In this document: positions 38,249-47,920 of the stretch, piece after piece
Layout of the letters: each line of letters opens with the position of its first letter
Numbering within the stretch: the first letter of the stretch is position 1
Made by a program: the position numbers and the translations under genes
Notes under the pieces: model-generated
Seen by the model: only the letters and a program-made list of their open reading frames with translations
The model's database searches: none
Told to the model about the DNA's origin: nothing
NCBI GenBank assembly: GCA_964410915.1
Contig: CAYPIU010000006.1
Span: forward strand, 2,447 to 66,446
DNA length: 64,000 bases
Direction: 5' to 3'
Source: an uncultured Synergistales bacterium
GTDB taxonomy: Bacteria; Synergistota; Synergistia; Synergistales; JAFGMB01

Positions 38249-40855
38249 ATGGATATAAGCAGATTTACAGAAAAATCACAAAAAGCAGTATCACAGGCAC
38301 AAGACCTGGCCATAAACTATGGACATCAACAGGTAGATACTATTCATCTTGTATGGGCACTGGTGAAACAGGAGGATGGACTTATTCCTTCGCTACTGAA
38401 AAAAATGGATGTTAATGTACCTTTTTTAATTAATGCTCTTGAAAAGGAACTGTCAAAAAAACCTCGGGTAAGCGGACCGGGAATAAATCCCGGTAACATC
38501 TACATTTCAGGTGATCTTTCAAGACTGATGGTAAAAGCAGTTGAAAGAGCGGAATCAATGAAGGATGAATACGTGTCTGTGGAACATATTTTCTACACGA
38601 TCCTGCAAAATCAGAAAGATAGATCTCTCGGGACCATTCTGAAAGGAGCTGGAATAGATCCCGAAACGTTTTTGAATGTGCTCAACAAAGTCAGGGGCAA
38701 CCAGAGAGTTCAGAGTGCAACCCCTGAAACTACATATCAGGCTCTTGAAAGATATGGTAGAGATCTTGTCAAAGAAGTCCGTGATAACAAACTTGATCCA
38801 GTTATTGGACGGGATGAGGAGATCCGTAGAATTATCAGGATCCTAAGTCGTAAAACAAAGAATAACCCGGTGCTTGTAGGTGAACCCGGAGTTGGCAAGA
38901 CTGCCATTGTGGAGGGACTTGCTCACAGGATAGTCAAGGGTGATGTTCCTGAAGGACTGAAAGATAAAACTGTATTTATGCTGGATATCGGGTCCCTTCT
39001 TGCCGGTGCAAAGTTTCGTGGAGAATTCGAAGAAAGGCTTAAGGCAGTACTGAATGACATAAAAGAAAGTAATGGGCAGATCCTTCTTTTCATTGATGAA
39101 CTGCATAATATTGTTGGTGCTGGAAAAACCGAGGGGGCCCTTGACGCCGGCAACATGCTTAAACCTATGCTTGCCCGCGGCGAACTGCACTGTATTGGCG
39201 CTACAACACTTGATGAATTCAGGGAACATATCGAAAAAGATGCAGCCCTGGAACGACGTTTCCAGACCGTAAATGTTGATGAGCCTACGATCGAAGATAC
39301 TATTTCCATTTTAAGAGGATTGAAAGAACGTTTTCAGGTTCATCATGGCGTCAGGATCAAGGATAATGCCATTGTATCTGCTGTTCAACTTTCTGATAGA
39401 TACATTACGAACAGGTTTTTGCCTGACAAGGCAATAGATCTTGTTGATGAAGCCTGTGCAATGCTGAGAACTGAAATTGATTCAATGCCCTCTGAACTTG
39501 ACAGTATAACAAGAAGAGTTATGCAGCTTGAGATAGAGGAAGCAGCATTGAACAAAGAAAAGGATACAGCGAGCAGGGAAAGGCTTACATCCCTTCGGAA
39601 GGAACTTCAACAGGCCCGGGAAAAGGCTGAGACACTTCGTGCCCGTTATGAAACTGAAAAAGAAGCCATTTCAAAAGTACGTAACCTGAGAGAAGAAATT
39701 GAAAGGCTTCGCTCAGACATCGAAACCGCCGAGAGAAATTATGACCTTAATCGCGCTGCAGAGCTCAAACATGGTGAACTCCCCCGAATTCAAGCGGAAT
39801 TACAGAAGGCTGAGAACGAAATGAAAGAAAGAAGTTCAGAACAGTCATTACTCCGGGAAGAAGTTTCTGATGAAGAGATATCCATGATAGTCAGCAAATG
39901 GACCGGCATACCCGTCTCCAGACTTATGGAAGGCGAGAGACTTAAACTTTTAAAACTTGAAGATATTTTACACTCCAGAGTTGTTGGTCAGGATGAAGCA
40001 GTAAGTCTTGTTGCAGATGCAGTATTAAGAGCAAGAGCAGGTATTAAAGATCCAGGCCGGCCGGTTGGTTCTTTCATTTTTCTTGGTCCCACTGGAGTTG
40101 GTAAGACTGAACTTGCCCGATCACTTGCAGAGGCCCTGTTCGACAGCGAAGACAATATTGTACGAATAGATATGTCCGAATACATGGAAAGACATTCTGT
40201 AGCAAGGCTTATTGGAGCACCTCCTGGGTATATAGGATATGAAGAGGGGGGACAACTCACTGAAACGATACGCAGAAAACCATATTCAGTGATTCTCTTC
40301 GATGAAATAGAAAAAGCCCATGCGGATGTTTTTAATATACTTCTTCAGGTACTTGACGATGGAAGGATAACAGACAGCCATGGCAGAACTGTAGATTTTA
40401 AAAATACAGTAATAATTATGACAAGTAATATCGGCGCTTCTTTTCTTATGGAAGGTATTGGCCCAGCAGGTGAGATCAACGATTCAACAAGAGATAACGT
40501 TTTGAGCGAACTCCGCGAAAACTTCAGACCGGAATTCCTGAACCGGGTTGATGATGTTGTTTTATTCAAATCTCTTTCTCTGCATGAAATTCAAGAGATA
40601 GCTTCATTGCAGATAGAACGATTACGTTCCCGTCTTGCTGCTCAAAGGATAGGATTGGTAGTAACTGAAACAGCTCTTGAGTTTATAGCAAGAGAAGGAT
40701 ATGATCCTGTTTATGGAGCCAGACCCATGAAACGCTTTATTGTCCATAAACTCGAAACGGCCATAGCTAAAGCAATAATACAGAATAATGCACATGAAGG
40801 TTCCACTATAACTGTTCAAAGTGACGGCTCTGACATAGATATCAGGATCGAATAA
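38249..40855 (+). CDS. clpB: ATP-dependent chaperone/disaggregase ClpB
   Basis: 868 aa. Contains a Clp N-domain, two AAA+ modules ([21 protein letters not shown]) and the long middle coiled coil characteristic of ClpB. Confidence 0.97.
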   Translation: MDISRFTEKSQKAVSQAQDLAINYGHQQVDTIHLVWALVKQEDGLIPSLLKKMDVNVPFLINALEKELSKKPRVSGPGINPGNIYISGDLSRLMVKAVERAESMKDEYVSVEHIFYTILQNQKDRSLGTILKGAGIDPETFLNVLNKVRGNQRVQSATPETTYQALERYGRDLVKEVRDNKLDPVIGRDEEIRRIIRILSRKTKNNPVLVGEPGVGKTAIVEGLAHRIVKGDVPEGLKDKTVFMLDIGSLLAGAKFRGEFEERLKAVLNDIKESNGQILLFIDELHNIVGAGKTEGALDAGNMLKPMLARGELHCIGATTLDEFREHIEKDAALERRFQTVNVDEPTIEDTISILRGLKERFQVHHGVRIKDNAIVSAVQLSDRYITNRFLPDKAIDLVDEACAMLRTEIDSMPSELDSITRRVMQLEIEEAALNKEKDTASRERLTSLRKELQQAREKAETLRARYETEKEAISKVRNLREEIERLRSDIETAERNYDLNRAAELKHGELPRIQAELQKAENEMKERSSEQSLLREEVSDEEISMIVSKWTGIPVSRLMEGERLKLLKLEDILHSRVVGQDEAVSLVADAVLRARAGIKDPGRPVGSFIFLGPTGVGKTELARSLAEALFDSEDNIVRIDMSEYMERHSVARLIGAPPGYIGYEEGGQLTETIRRKPYSVILFDEIEKAHADVFNILLQVLDDGRITDSHGRTVDFKNTVIIMTSNIGASFLMEGIGPAGEINDSTRDNVLSELRENFRPEFLNRVDDVVLFKSLSLHEIQEIASLQIERLRSRLAAQRIGLVVTETALEFIAREGYDPVYGARPMKRFIVHKLETAIAKAIIQNNAHEGSTITVQSDGSDIDIRIE

Positions 40856-40893
40856 AAAACAGCGAGGCCAGATTCTGAGGGATCCTGGCCTCG
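40851..40893 (-). terminator. Rho-independent terminator of the nucleoside ABC operon (hairpin shared with the clpB 3' end)
   Basis: Stem CGAGGCCAG (40863-40871) pairs with CTGGCCTCG (40885-40893). On the minus strand it is followed by CTGTTTTTTATT, which overlaps the clpB stop. On the plus strand the U-tract is weak. Confidence 0.7.
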
Positions 40894-40896
40894 ATA

Positions 40897-41826
40897 TCAA
40901 TCTCTTTCTTCCCTGTAGAAAGGCTGACCCAGTGAAGCTGGTGCTCCGAAAAGTATTCCTTTACCCTGTCTTACCGAAATGAAGAAAAGAACAAGTATTG
41001 TCAATGCATATGGAAGGATCATTAACAGAGATGTAGGAATGTTCGTACCGGCTGTTTGAAGCCTTAATTGAAAAGCAGTCACACCTCCAAATAAATAAGA
41101 CCCGAAAGCTGCTCTCAATGGGTGCCATATTGCAAAAATGACAAGGGCAACTGCTATCCAGCCCCTGCCTGCGGTCATAAGATCCCCCCACATTTTCGTA
41201 TAGGCAACGGACATATAGGCACCGCCTATTGCAACAATTCCGCCTCCAATAATTGTATATAAATAGCGGATCTTCTGAACATTTATACCTACAGAATCTG
41301 CAGAGCGGGGACTGTCACCTACGGCCCTGAGGTTAAGGCCTGCTTTTGTGAATCCGAGAAAAAGTGTCATACCGGCAACAAGAAAGAATGAGATGTAGAC
41401 AAGCGGATCATGATCAAAGAGCACAGGACCTAATACAGGTATATTATGGAGAAAAGGAACAGGCACAGGACTCAGGCCGGTAATAGTCTGTCCTATATAA
41501 TGTCTTCCCAATAAGGAACTTGCCCCGGTACCGGCCATGGTAATAGCAAGACCGCTAACCACCTGGTTCGCTCCCATGGTAATTGAAAGAAAAGCATGTA
41601 TCAGGGTAACTGCCATTCCTGTTATAAAAGCAGCAAGTATGCCAATCCAGGGATTACCGGTAGCATAGGTAAAAGAAAATCCAGTAAAAGCCCCCATAAG
41701 CATAATCCCTTCAAGACCAAGATTCAGGACACCGGATCTCTCCGTCAGTATCTCCCCAAGGGTCGCATAAAGTATAGGGGTTCCACTTCTAACTGCTGCT
41801 GAAAGTATTGCAACAATGATTTCCAT
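40897..41826 (-). CDS. ABC transporter permease (BMP/nucleoside family, NupQ/YufQ-like)
   Basis: 309 aa polytopic protein, last gene of the SBP-ATPase-permease-permease operon. Confidence 0.88.
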   Translation of the reverse strand: MEIIVAILSAAVRSGTPILYATLGEILTERSGVLNLGLEGIMLMGAFTGFSFTYATGNPWIGILAAFITGMAVTLIHAFLSITMGANQVVSGLAITMAGTGASSLLGRHYIGQTITGLSPVPVPFLHNIPVLGPVLFDHDPLVYISFFLVAGMTLFLGFTKAGLNLRAVGDSPRSADSVGINVQKIRYLYTIIGGGIVAIGGAYMSVAYTKMWGDLMTAGRGWIAVALVIFAIWHPLRAAFGSYLFGGVTAFQLRLQTAGTNIPTSLLMILPYALTILVLFFISVRQGKGILFGAPASLGQPFYREERD

Positions 41827-41828
41827 AT

Positions 41829-42902
41829 CTACTTGACCTTCCTTTTAAATATCTTGATACGGTATCTGCGGAAGAATTCTCCACCAAGAATAAAAAAGAG
41901 TATTAACCCCTGAATAACAAGAGTACTCGATAGAGGTAGACGCATTACTATCTGGAGAGAATCTCCACCAACTAAAAGGGCACCCATCAAAAAGGAAACA
42001 AAGAGAATAGCCAGTGGATTCAGCCTTGCAAGCCAGGCTACAATGATCGCTGTATATCCAAATCCTCCCGAAAAACCATGCTGAAGTCTGCCCTGTAGAC
42101 CAGCTATCTCGCTCATTCCTGCAATACCTGCAATAGCACCAGAAAGGAACATTACAAAGACTACATTCCATACATAATTTATACCGGCAAAATCTGCTGC
42201 CCTGGGATTTTCTCCAATGACCTTGATCTCATAGCCCCATCGTGTATTTTTGAATATCCAGTAAAACAGAATACCAAGTAAAAAAGCGACTATTATCCCT
42301 ATATGAACACGTGTACCAAAAAATTGATAAAGCCTTGCAACTTCAGGATAAGGTTTAGTCATTGGAAATCCGAGACTCGCAGGATCCCTCCATGGACCGT
42401 AAACAAAAAAATCGACAAGGTGCAGTGCAATGTAATTCATCATCAATGTAGTAATTATTTCATTAACATTCCATCTCGCTTTCAGATAGCCTGCAAAAGC
42501 AGCCCACAGACCTCCTGCCAGTCCAGCAGCGCAAAACATCATCAGAAACATTAGTAAGGAATTGTCAACGTATGCATAACGCACCACTGCAGTTGTTGCA
42601 AGAGCCCCAATTACTATCTGCCCTTCTGCTCCAATGTTCCATATCAGCATCTTGAAGGAAAGCATCACGGCTATCCCAGCCATTGCAAGGGGTATTGCCT
42701 TAACAATGGTTTCACTTAAACCATAACTGTTACCAAGGGAAGAACTGATCATTTCAGAATAGGCTTCAAAAGGGGAAACTCCAAGCAGAAAGAGAAAGAA
42801 CCCTCCTGCAATAAGTGCCATTATCAGACCAGCAACTGGAATAAGAACTGAAACCCATTTGGGCCTGTATAATCTTTTCTCTACTTTTACACCATAGTTC
42901 AT
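41829..42902 (-). CDS. ABC transporter permease (BMP/nucleoside family, NupP/YufP-like)
   Basis: 357 aa polytopic protein with a 4-nt overlap with the ATPase gene. Confidence 0.88.
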   Translation of the reverse strand: MNYGVKVEKRLYRPKWVSVLIPVAGLIMALIAGGFFLFLLGVSPFEAYSEMISSSLGNSYGLSETIVKAIPLAMAGIAVMLSFKMLIWNIGAEGQIVIGALATTAVVRYAYVDNSLLMFLMMFCAAGLAGGLWAAFAGYLKARWNVNEIITTLMMNYIALHLVDFFVYGPWRDPASLGFPMTKPYPEVARLYQFFGTRVHIGIIVAFLLGILFYWIFKNTRWGYEIKVIGENPRAADFAGINYVWNVVFVMFLSGAIAGIAGMSEIAGLQGRLQHGFSGGFGYTAIIVAWLARLNPLAILFVSFLMGALLVGGDSLQIVMRLPLSSTLVIQGLILFFILGGEFFRRYRIKIFKRKVK

Positions 42903-44449
42903 GACCGACCTCCTGCAAGGACTTCTGAGTACGAAACACCAGCCATCATAAGTCCTATCGTATCAAGATCAACTGAGGCAGGATCATCCAGTATGCCCAT
43001 AAATTCCCCTTTATGAATAACTGCAAGTCTGTCACTCAGTGAGACCAGTTCAGAAAGGTCTTCGGAAATAAACAGAATAGAAGCTCCTCTGGTCCTTTCC
43101 AGAAGAATGGTCTCCCTGACGAAACTTGTAGCCGCAACATCAAGCCCCCAGGTAGGATGTACTGCAACAAGGAGTTTTGGTTCATCCTTAAGTTCTCTGC
43201 CAAGCATAAGTTTCTGGAGATTTCCTCCTGAAAGGTTTCTTACTGGAGTTTCAAGCGAGGGTGTATCTACATGGAACTTGTCAACAATTGCCTTTGCAAA
43301 GCTCAGAACCGCTTTCCAGTCAATTGTAAATCCTTTTGAAACAGGTTTCTGCCAATACTTTTTTAAAATAGAATTCTCGTTTATGTTCATGTTAGGTATT
43401 AAACCTGTGCCTTTTCTGTCTGCAGGTATATATCTTACACCAGCTGAAATGAAGGCTTTTGGCCTTGATGATGTAAGATCGTGACCTGACATAAAGATAT
43501 GTCCAGAGGAAGGTCGTCTGAGGCCGACAATAGCCTCACAAAGCTCATTCTGTCCGTTACCAGCAATACCTGCGATCCCAACTATCTCATTTTCATGTAA
43601 TTCCAGGGAAATGTTATTGACAGCGCTGAGACCTCTATCACTCAATACTGAGATCTCATCTATCTTCATAACTGTTTCACCACGTTCTATCTCAGGTTTA
43701 TCTACGGTAAAAGCAACTTTCTCACCCACCATCATTTCGGCAAGCTGGTGTTTTGTTATAGTTGCAGTATCAACAGTATCGATCTTTCGCCCTTTTCTTA
43801 GAACAGTTACTCTATCGGAAAATTCCATCACTTCATCAAGTTTGTGAGAAATAAAGACAATTCCGTGTCCCTCTTTTCTCATCTGCATTACTGTCTGGAA
43901 AAGTTTCTGAGATTCCTGTGGAGTCAGAACTGCCGTGGGTTCATCAAGTATAAGGATATTGGCCTGTCGGAAAAGAACTTTTAAAATAGCAACTCGCTGC
44001 TGTTCGCCTATTGAGAGCTGCCACACTTTTGCCTCGGGATCGACATGGAGTCCATATTGTCTGGAGATCTCAGTTATCTTTGCAATAACCTTTTGTTTGG
44101 GTAAAAACCATGGGATCTCCTCAAGTCCAAGGATCATATTTTCCCAGACTGTCTGACTTGGGACTAACATAAAATGCTGATGAACCATTCCAATTCCGGC
44201 TTTTATAGCATCCCCCGGAGATTTCAGAACAAGTTTTCTGTTGTCTACTTTAATAATACCTTCTTCCTGCACATATAGACCGGAGAGGATATTCATTAAA
44301 GTTGTTTTACCTGCCCCGTTTTCACCAAGAAGTGCATGAACCTCACCTGGTCTGACATCAAAATCGATCTGATCATTGGCATGAAAGCCAGCGAACTTCT
44401 TTGTTATTCTTTTCATTTCTACTAAACAGGTTTCAGGCTGGTATATCAT
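42899..44449 (-). CDS. ABC transporter ATP-binding protein, duplicated ATPase domains (nucleoside/sugar type)
   Basis: Walker A GENGAGKTT, signature LSIGEQQRV, and a second signature LSGGNLQK. The likely start is ATG 44449 (MIYQPETCLVEMKRITKKF), 7 nt after GGGAG. The track ORF starts at 44488. Confidence 0.92.
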   Translation of the reverse strand: MIYQPETCLVEMKRITKKFAGFHANDQIDFDVRPGEVHALLGENGAGKTTLMNILSGLYVQEEGIIKVDNRKLVLKSPGDAIKAGIGMVHQHFMLVPSQTVWENMILGLEEIPWFLPKQKVIAKITEISRQYGLHVDPEAKVWQLSIGEQQRVAILKVLFRQANILILDEPTAVLTPQESQKLFQTVMQMRKEGHGIVFISHKLDEVMEFSDRVTVLRKGRKIDTVDTATITKHQLAEMMVGEKVAFTVDKPEIERGETVMKIDEISVLSDRGLSAVNNISLELHENEIVGIAGIAGNGQNELCEAIVGLRRPSSGHIFMSGHDLTSSRPKAFISAGVRYIPADRKGTGLIPNMNINENSILKKYWQKPVSKGFTIDWKAVLSFAKAIVDKFHVDTPSLETPVRNLSGGNLQKLMLGRELKDEPKLLVAVHPTWGLDVAATSFVRETILLERTRGASILFISEDLSELVSLSDRLAVIHKGEFMGILDDPASVDLDTIGLMMAGVSYSEVLAGGRS

Positions 44450-44555
44450 AAATTCACTCCCGTTGAGTATGAAGATCAGTGAGATCACAGTGTTCTTAAG
44501 TCAACCAGTAAATAATAACAGAAAAAAACACATTTAAGATAAGCATAGATCAGTA

Positions 44556-44595
44556 ATAAAATAATTTGAAGGGCGCCCATTCAAGCGCCCTTCAA
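44556..44595 (-). terminator. Intra-operon hairpin (partial terminator/attenuator) between the SBP and ATPase genes
   Basis: Minus strand reads TTGAAGGGCGC-TTGAATGG-GCGCCCTTCAA (44595..44566) followed by ATTATTTTATT. Confidence 0.55.
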
Positions 44596-44630
44596 GATTA
44601 TACATTTAATACCACAGTTACAGGTCTCCC

Positions 44631-45713
44631 CTATTTGGGGATATTACCCTGAACCCCTTCAACGAACCAGCTCATGGAGAGCATGTCGCCATCAGACATG
44701 GACTGCCCTTCAGGAACAACTGTTTCGCCTTCCTGATCTTTTACAGGTCCGGTAAATACGTCCCATTCTCCACTGGTAATTCTGTTCTTCTCAGTTTCCA
44801 CCATTGTCCTGATCTCGGCAGAAACATCATCTCCGAACGGAGCCAGACCTACAAGTCCCTCTTTGAGGCCCCACCAGATATCATGAGATTCCCAGGTTCC
44901 GGTGGTCAGGCGTTTTACAGTATCCTTATAGACCATACCCCAGTCCCAGACTGGAGCTGTGAGCTGTTTAGTGGGAGCATACTGGCTCATATCATTGTTG
45001 TAACCAACCACATATACACCAGACTCCTCTGCTGTCTGTGGAGCTGCACCAGAATCAGCGTGCATGGCTATTACATCGGAACCGGCATCAATGAGTGCCT
45101 TTGTTGCTTCCTTCTCTTTACCTGGATCGAACCAGGAGAAAAGCCAGATTACTTTGACTGTTACATCCGGGTTGACCTTCCTTGCGCCAAGAGTAAAAGC
45201 ATTGATACCCCGGATAACTTCAGGAATAGGTTGAGCAGCAACAAAACCTATCGTATCTGTCTTGGTCATTTCGCCTGCTACAATACCGGAAAGATATCTG
45301 GCCTGATACATCCTGCCAAAATATGTCCCGACATTTTCAGCTCTCTTGTATCCAGAACAATGCATGAAAACAACCTCTGGGTGTCTTTGAGCAACTTCCT
45401 GCACAAAATCCATATAACCAAATGAAGTTGCAAATATGAGACCAAAACCTTTGCGAACAAAAGTTTCCATAACACGTGAAGAATCCGGACCTTCCGGAAC
45501 TGATTCGACATAACTGGATGTCATTTCTGGAAATGCCTCTTCCATTTCCTGCCTTCCCTGTTCGTGCATATATGTCCATCCTCCGTCGCCAACAGGACCG
45601 ATATATATAAATCCAGCTTTGAGATCCTCTTCAGGAACCGCGTCAATTGCAAAAGCCGTACCTGCAAAAACAATAAAAACCAAGGCAATAACTAAACAGA
45701 TCATTTTTTTCAT
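44631..45713 (-). CDS. BMP-family ABC transporter substrate-binding protein (PnrA/Med-like, nucleoside-binding)
   Basis: 360 aa with a signal peptide (MKKMICLVIALVFIVFAGTAFA). BMP-family patterns are present (GFIYIGPVGDGGW, FATSFGYMD). Confidence 0.9.
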   Translation of the reverse strand: MKKMICLVIALVFIVFAGTAFAIDAVPEEDLKAGFIYIGPVGDGGWTYMHEQGRQEMEEAFPEMTSSYVESVPEGPDSSRVMETFVRKGFGLIFATSFGYMDFVQEVAQRHPEVVFMHCSGYKRAENVGTYFGRMYQARYLSGIVAGEMTKTDTIGFVAAQPIPEVIRGINAFTLGARKVNPDVTVKVIWLFSWFDPGKEKEATKALIDAGSDVIAMHADSGAAPQTAEESGVYVVGYNNDMSQYAPTKQLTAPVWDWGMVYKDTVKRLTTGTWESHDIWWGLKEGLVGLAPFGDDVSAEIRTMVETEKNRITSGEWDVFTGPVKDQEGETVVPEGQSMSDGDMLSMSWFVEGVQGNIPK

Positions 45714-45904
45714 ACTGCTACCCCTCCTGGAATACTAATCTGAAATATTTCATTACCTTACAATTATGACTAAAAATAGTTATTTATCAACCATTAATTT
45801 ATTTTTTTGCAAATAGTGGTAGATTAAGATAACAGATTCATTTATTATGTATGATATTTTCAAGTCAGGATCATTTTTAAATAATCATCAGAATAACAGC
45901 AAAA

Positions 45905-46417
45905 ATGAGGTGTATGTCAATGAACAGTAAAGAGAGATACAAAAAAACATACAGAATATCATGGGACCAGTTGCATCAGGATTGCAAAGCCCTGGCCTGG
46001 AGATTGCTTGATTCTGGTCCCTTTGACTGGCTGATAGGGATAGCAAGAGGCGGTCTTATACCTGCTGCAATTATTGCAAGAGAACTTGATATACACCATG
46101 TCGATACAATATGCATATCCAGTTATACCGTTAAAGAACAGGGCAGACTTTCAATACTCAAGGATCTTGACATAAAGGAAACAGACAGGAAAAAATGGCT
46201 GATAATCGATGATCTTGTAGATACCGGAAAGACTGCAGCACTTGTGCGGAAAAGGCTTCCTGAAGCTCATTTTGCTACTGTTTATGCAAAACCAGAGGGC
46301 AGGCCTTTTGTGGATACTTTTATTACTGAAGTGAGTCAGGATACATGGATATTGTTCCCATGGGACGCTGAATATCAGTATGATTATGTAACTCCAATAA
46401 TAGATACACGAAGATAA
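45905..46417 (+). CDS. gpt: Xanthine-guanine phosphoribosyltransferase
   Basis: Contains [20 protein letters not shown] and the PRPP motif [13 protein letters not shown], with a Gpt-type C-terminus TWILFPWD. The likely true start is ATG 45920 or 45914, after GAGGTG at 45908-45912. Confidence 0.9.
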   Translation: MRCMSMNSKERYKKTYRISWDQLHQDCKALAWRLLDSGPFDWLIGIARGGLIPAAIIARELDIHHVDTICISSYTVKEQGRLSILKDLDIKETDRKKWLIIDDLVDTGKTAALVRKRLPEAHFATVYAKPEGRPFVDTFITEVSQDTWILFPWDAEYQYDYVTPIIDTRR

Positions 46418-46430
46418 ACCTGAAAACTGT

Positions 46431-46529
46431 GGCGGAGGCGTGTGGGAATCGAACCCACCGAAGACACCCCAAGGCGCCTCCCGACCGGGTTTGAAGCCCG
46501 GGGCCCACACCAGTGAACATTCGCCTCCA
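46431..46529 (-). tRNA. selC: tRNA-Sec (selenocysteine, anticodon TCA)
   Basis: 99 nt. The minus strand reads GGAGGCGAATGTTCACTGGTGTGGGCCCCGGGCTTCAAACCCGGTCGGGAGGCGCCTTGGGGTGTCTTCGGTGGGTTCGATTCCCACACGCCTCCGCCA. Features are a 6-bp D-stem with 4-nt loop, anticodon loop CTTCAAA, a roughly 9-bp long variable arm, a 5-bp T-stem, and a 7-bp acceptor plus a mismatched eighth pair. Confidence 0.85.
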
Positions 46530-46575
46530 CAGTAGCAAGGAGATTTTATTTGTTATAGATGATTTTGTCCAGTCC

Positions 46576-46989
46576 CTAATTTCCCCGGATCAGGTTCTTA
46601 ACACCCTTTTTGCCCATAAATTCGAGGGTTCTTTCAGAAACATCACCTTGAAGCACTACAGCCCCTTCTTCAACCCATGCTCCGCATCCCATCTGTTTTT
46701 TCAGAATGCTGCAGAGGCTTTTAAGTTTTTCCCCCGACATATCCGGTAATACGGAAACAAAGGTAACGGTTTTGCCACCCCTGCCTTTCCGGCTTTTCTG
46801 AAGTACTACCCTCTCGATATCGGAAAATTTAAAGGTTTCTTCTTTCTTTGCGGATTTAGTTTTATTTTCAGTACTGACTTTACCGGAGATATCTGATTTT
46901 GATTTAAAACCGAGATCCGGAGCGACTTCTGCAAAAGGATTATTCAGAATTTCTTCATCAGCGAATTCATTTTTTTTCTTTCCACCCAA
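46576..46989 (-). CDS. yciH: SUI1/eIF1-family translation initiation factor homolog (YciH-like)
   Basis: 137 aa. C-terminal SUI1 fold pattern RKGRGGKTVTFVSVL...LKKQMGCGAWVEEGAVVLQGD. Lys/Glu-rich N-terminal extension. TTG start after AAAGGAG. Confidence 0.8.
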   Translation of the reverse strand: MGGKKKNEFADEEILNNPFAEVAPDLGFKSKSDISGKVSTENKTKSAKKEETFKFSDIERVVLQKSRKGRGGKTVTFVSVLPDMSGEKLKSLCSILKKQMGCGAWVEEGAVVLQGDVSERTLEFMGKKGVKNLIRGN

Positions 46990-47080
46990 ATCAATAACTC
47001 CTTTGATACATCCGGGTTTTCCCTTTTTCAGATCTTATAGAAAAACAGAAAAAGGATCACCGGGAATCTATTAATATTTA

Positions 47081-47890
47081 TCAACCAAGCATAAAAGCCT
47101 TGATCAACCTTACGAGACGGGATGAAGCTTTGTTCATTTCAGCCAGCACTTCTTCTTCAGTCAGCCTGTCAGAAGTCATGCCTGCAGCATAATTGGCTAC
47201 ACAGGAAACAGCACAAACATTTATTCCCATATGATTGGCCGCAATGACTTCAGGAACAGTTGACATACCGACCAGATCTGCACCCATTGTTCTGGCCATT
47301 CTTATTTCTGCCGGAGTTTCATAAGAAGGTCCCGGAAATGCAACGTAAACGCCCCTTTGAAGATGTATACTTTCCTTAAGGGCAGCTTTCTCCATTCTCC
47401 TTTTGAGATCTCCACTGTATGCAAATGTCATGTCTGGAAACCTTGGGCCCGATTCGTCATCATTTTCCCCCCTGAGAGGATTGCAACCCATCAGGTTGAT
47501 ATGATCATCTACAAGGACAAGATCTCCAGGATCATAGCAATAATTAATTCCGCCTGACGCATTCGTCAGTACCAGATCTGCAATTCCCAGTTTCCCAAGT
47601 ACTCGCACAGGGAAAATGATATCCTGCATGGAATATCCTTCATAATAATGGACTCTTCCCTGCATAACCAGAATTGTCTTTCCTCCAATGCGGCCTGCTA
47701 TAAGCTTCCCGGCATGCCCTGGAGCGGTTGAAACAGGCCATCCCTCAATCATTGAATAATCGATCTGGGTCCTGTCTTCAAGACAATCCGCAAACGCTCC
47801 GAGTCCGGAACCGAGAACAATCGCTGTTTGCGGAATAAAATCCAGCTTTTCCCTCAGAAATGAAGAACATTTATTAATTATCTGATCCAT
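47081..47890 (-). CDS. punA: Purine nucleoside phosphorylase (PunA/PNP-I, trimeric family)
   Basis: 269 aa. Contains GSGLG, GRVHYYEGY, VLTNASGGIN and VGMSTVPEVIAA. Confidence 0.92.
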   Translation of the reverse strand: MDQIINKCSSFLREKLDFIPQTAIVLGSGLGAFADCLEDRTQIDYSMIEGWPVSTAPGHAGKLIAGRIGGKTILVMQGRVHYYEGYSMQDIIFPVRVLGKLGIADLVLTNASGGINYCYDPGDLVLVDDHINLMGCNPLRGENDDESGPRFPDMTFAYSGDLKRRMEKAALKESIHLQRGVYVAFPGPSYETPAEIRMARTMGADLVGMSTVPEVIAANHMGINVCAVSCVANYAAGMTSDRLTEEEVLAEMNKASSRLVRLIKAFMLG

Positions 47891-47920
47891 CAGTAATACC
47901 TCCTGCTATATGCCAGGCCT

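Noticed and set aside
44883-45425. A 180-aa plus-strand ORF opposite the BMP substrate-binding gene, plus similar antisense ORFs at 9217-9768, 10258-10716, 50341-50859 and 54988-55413
   Set aside because: All are antisense shadows of strongly supported genes (BMP SBP, infB, oxidoreductase beta, rpsA). They have no motifs, RBS or independent intergenic context.
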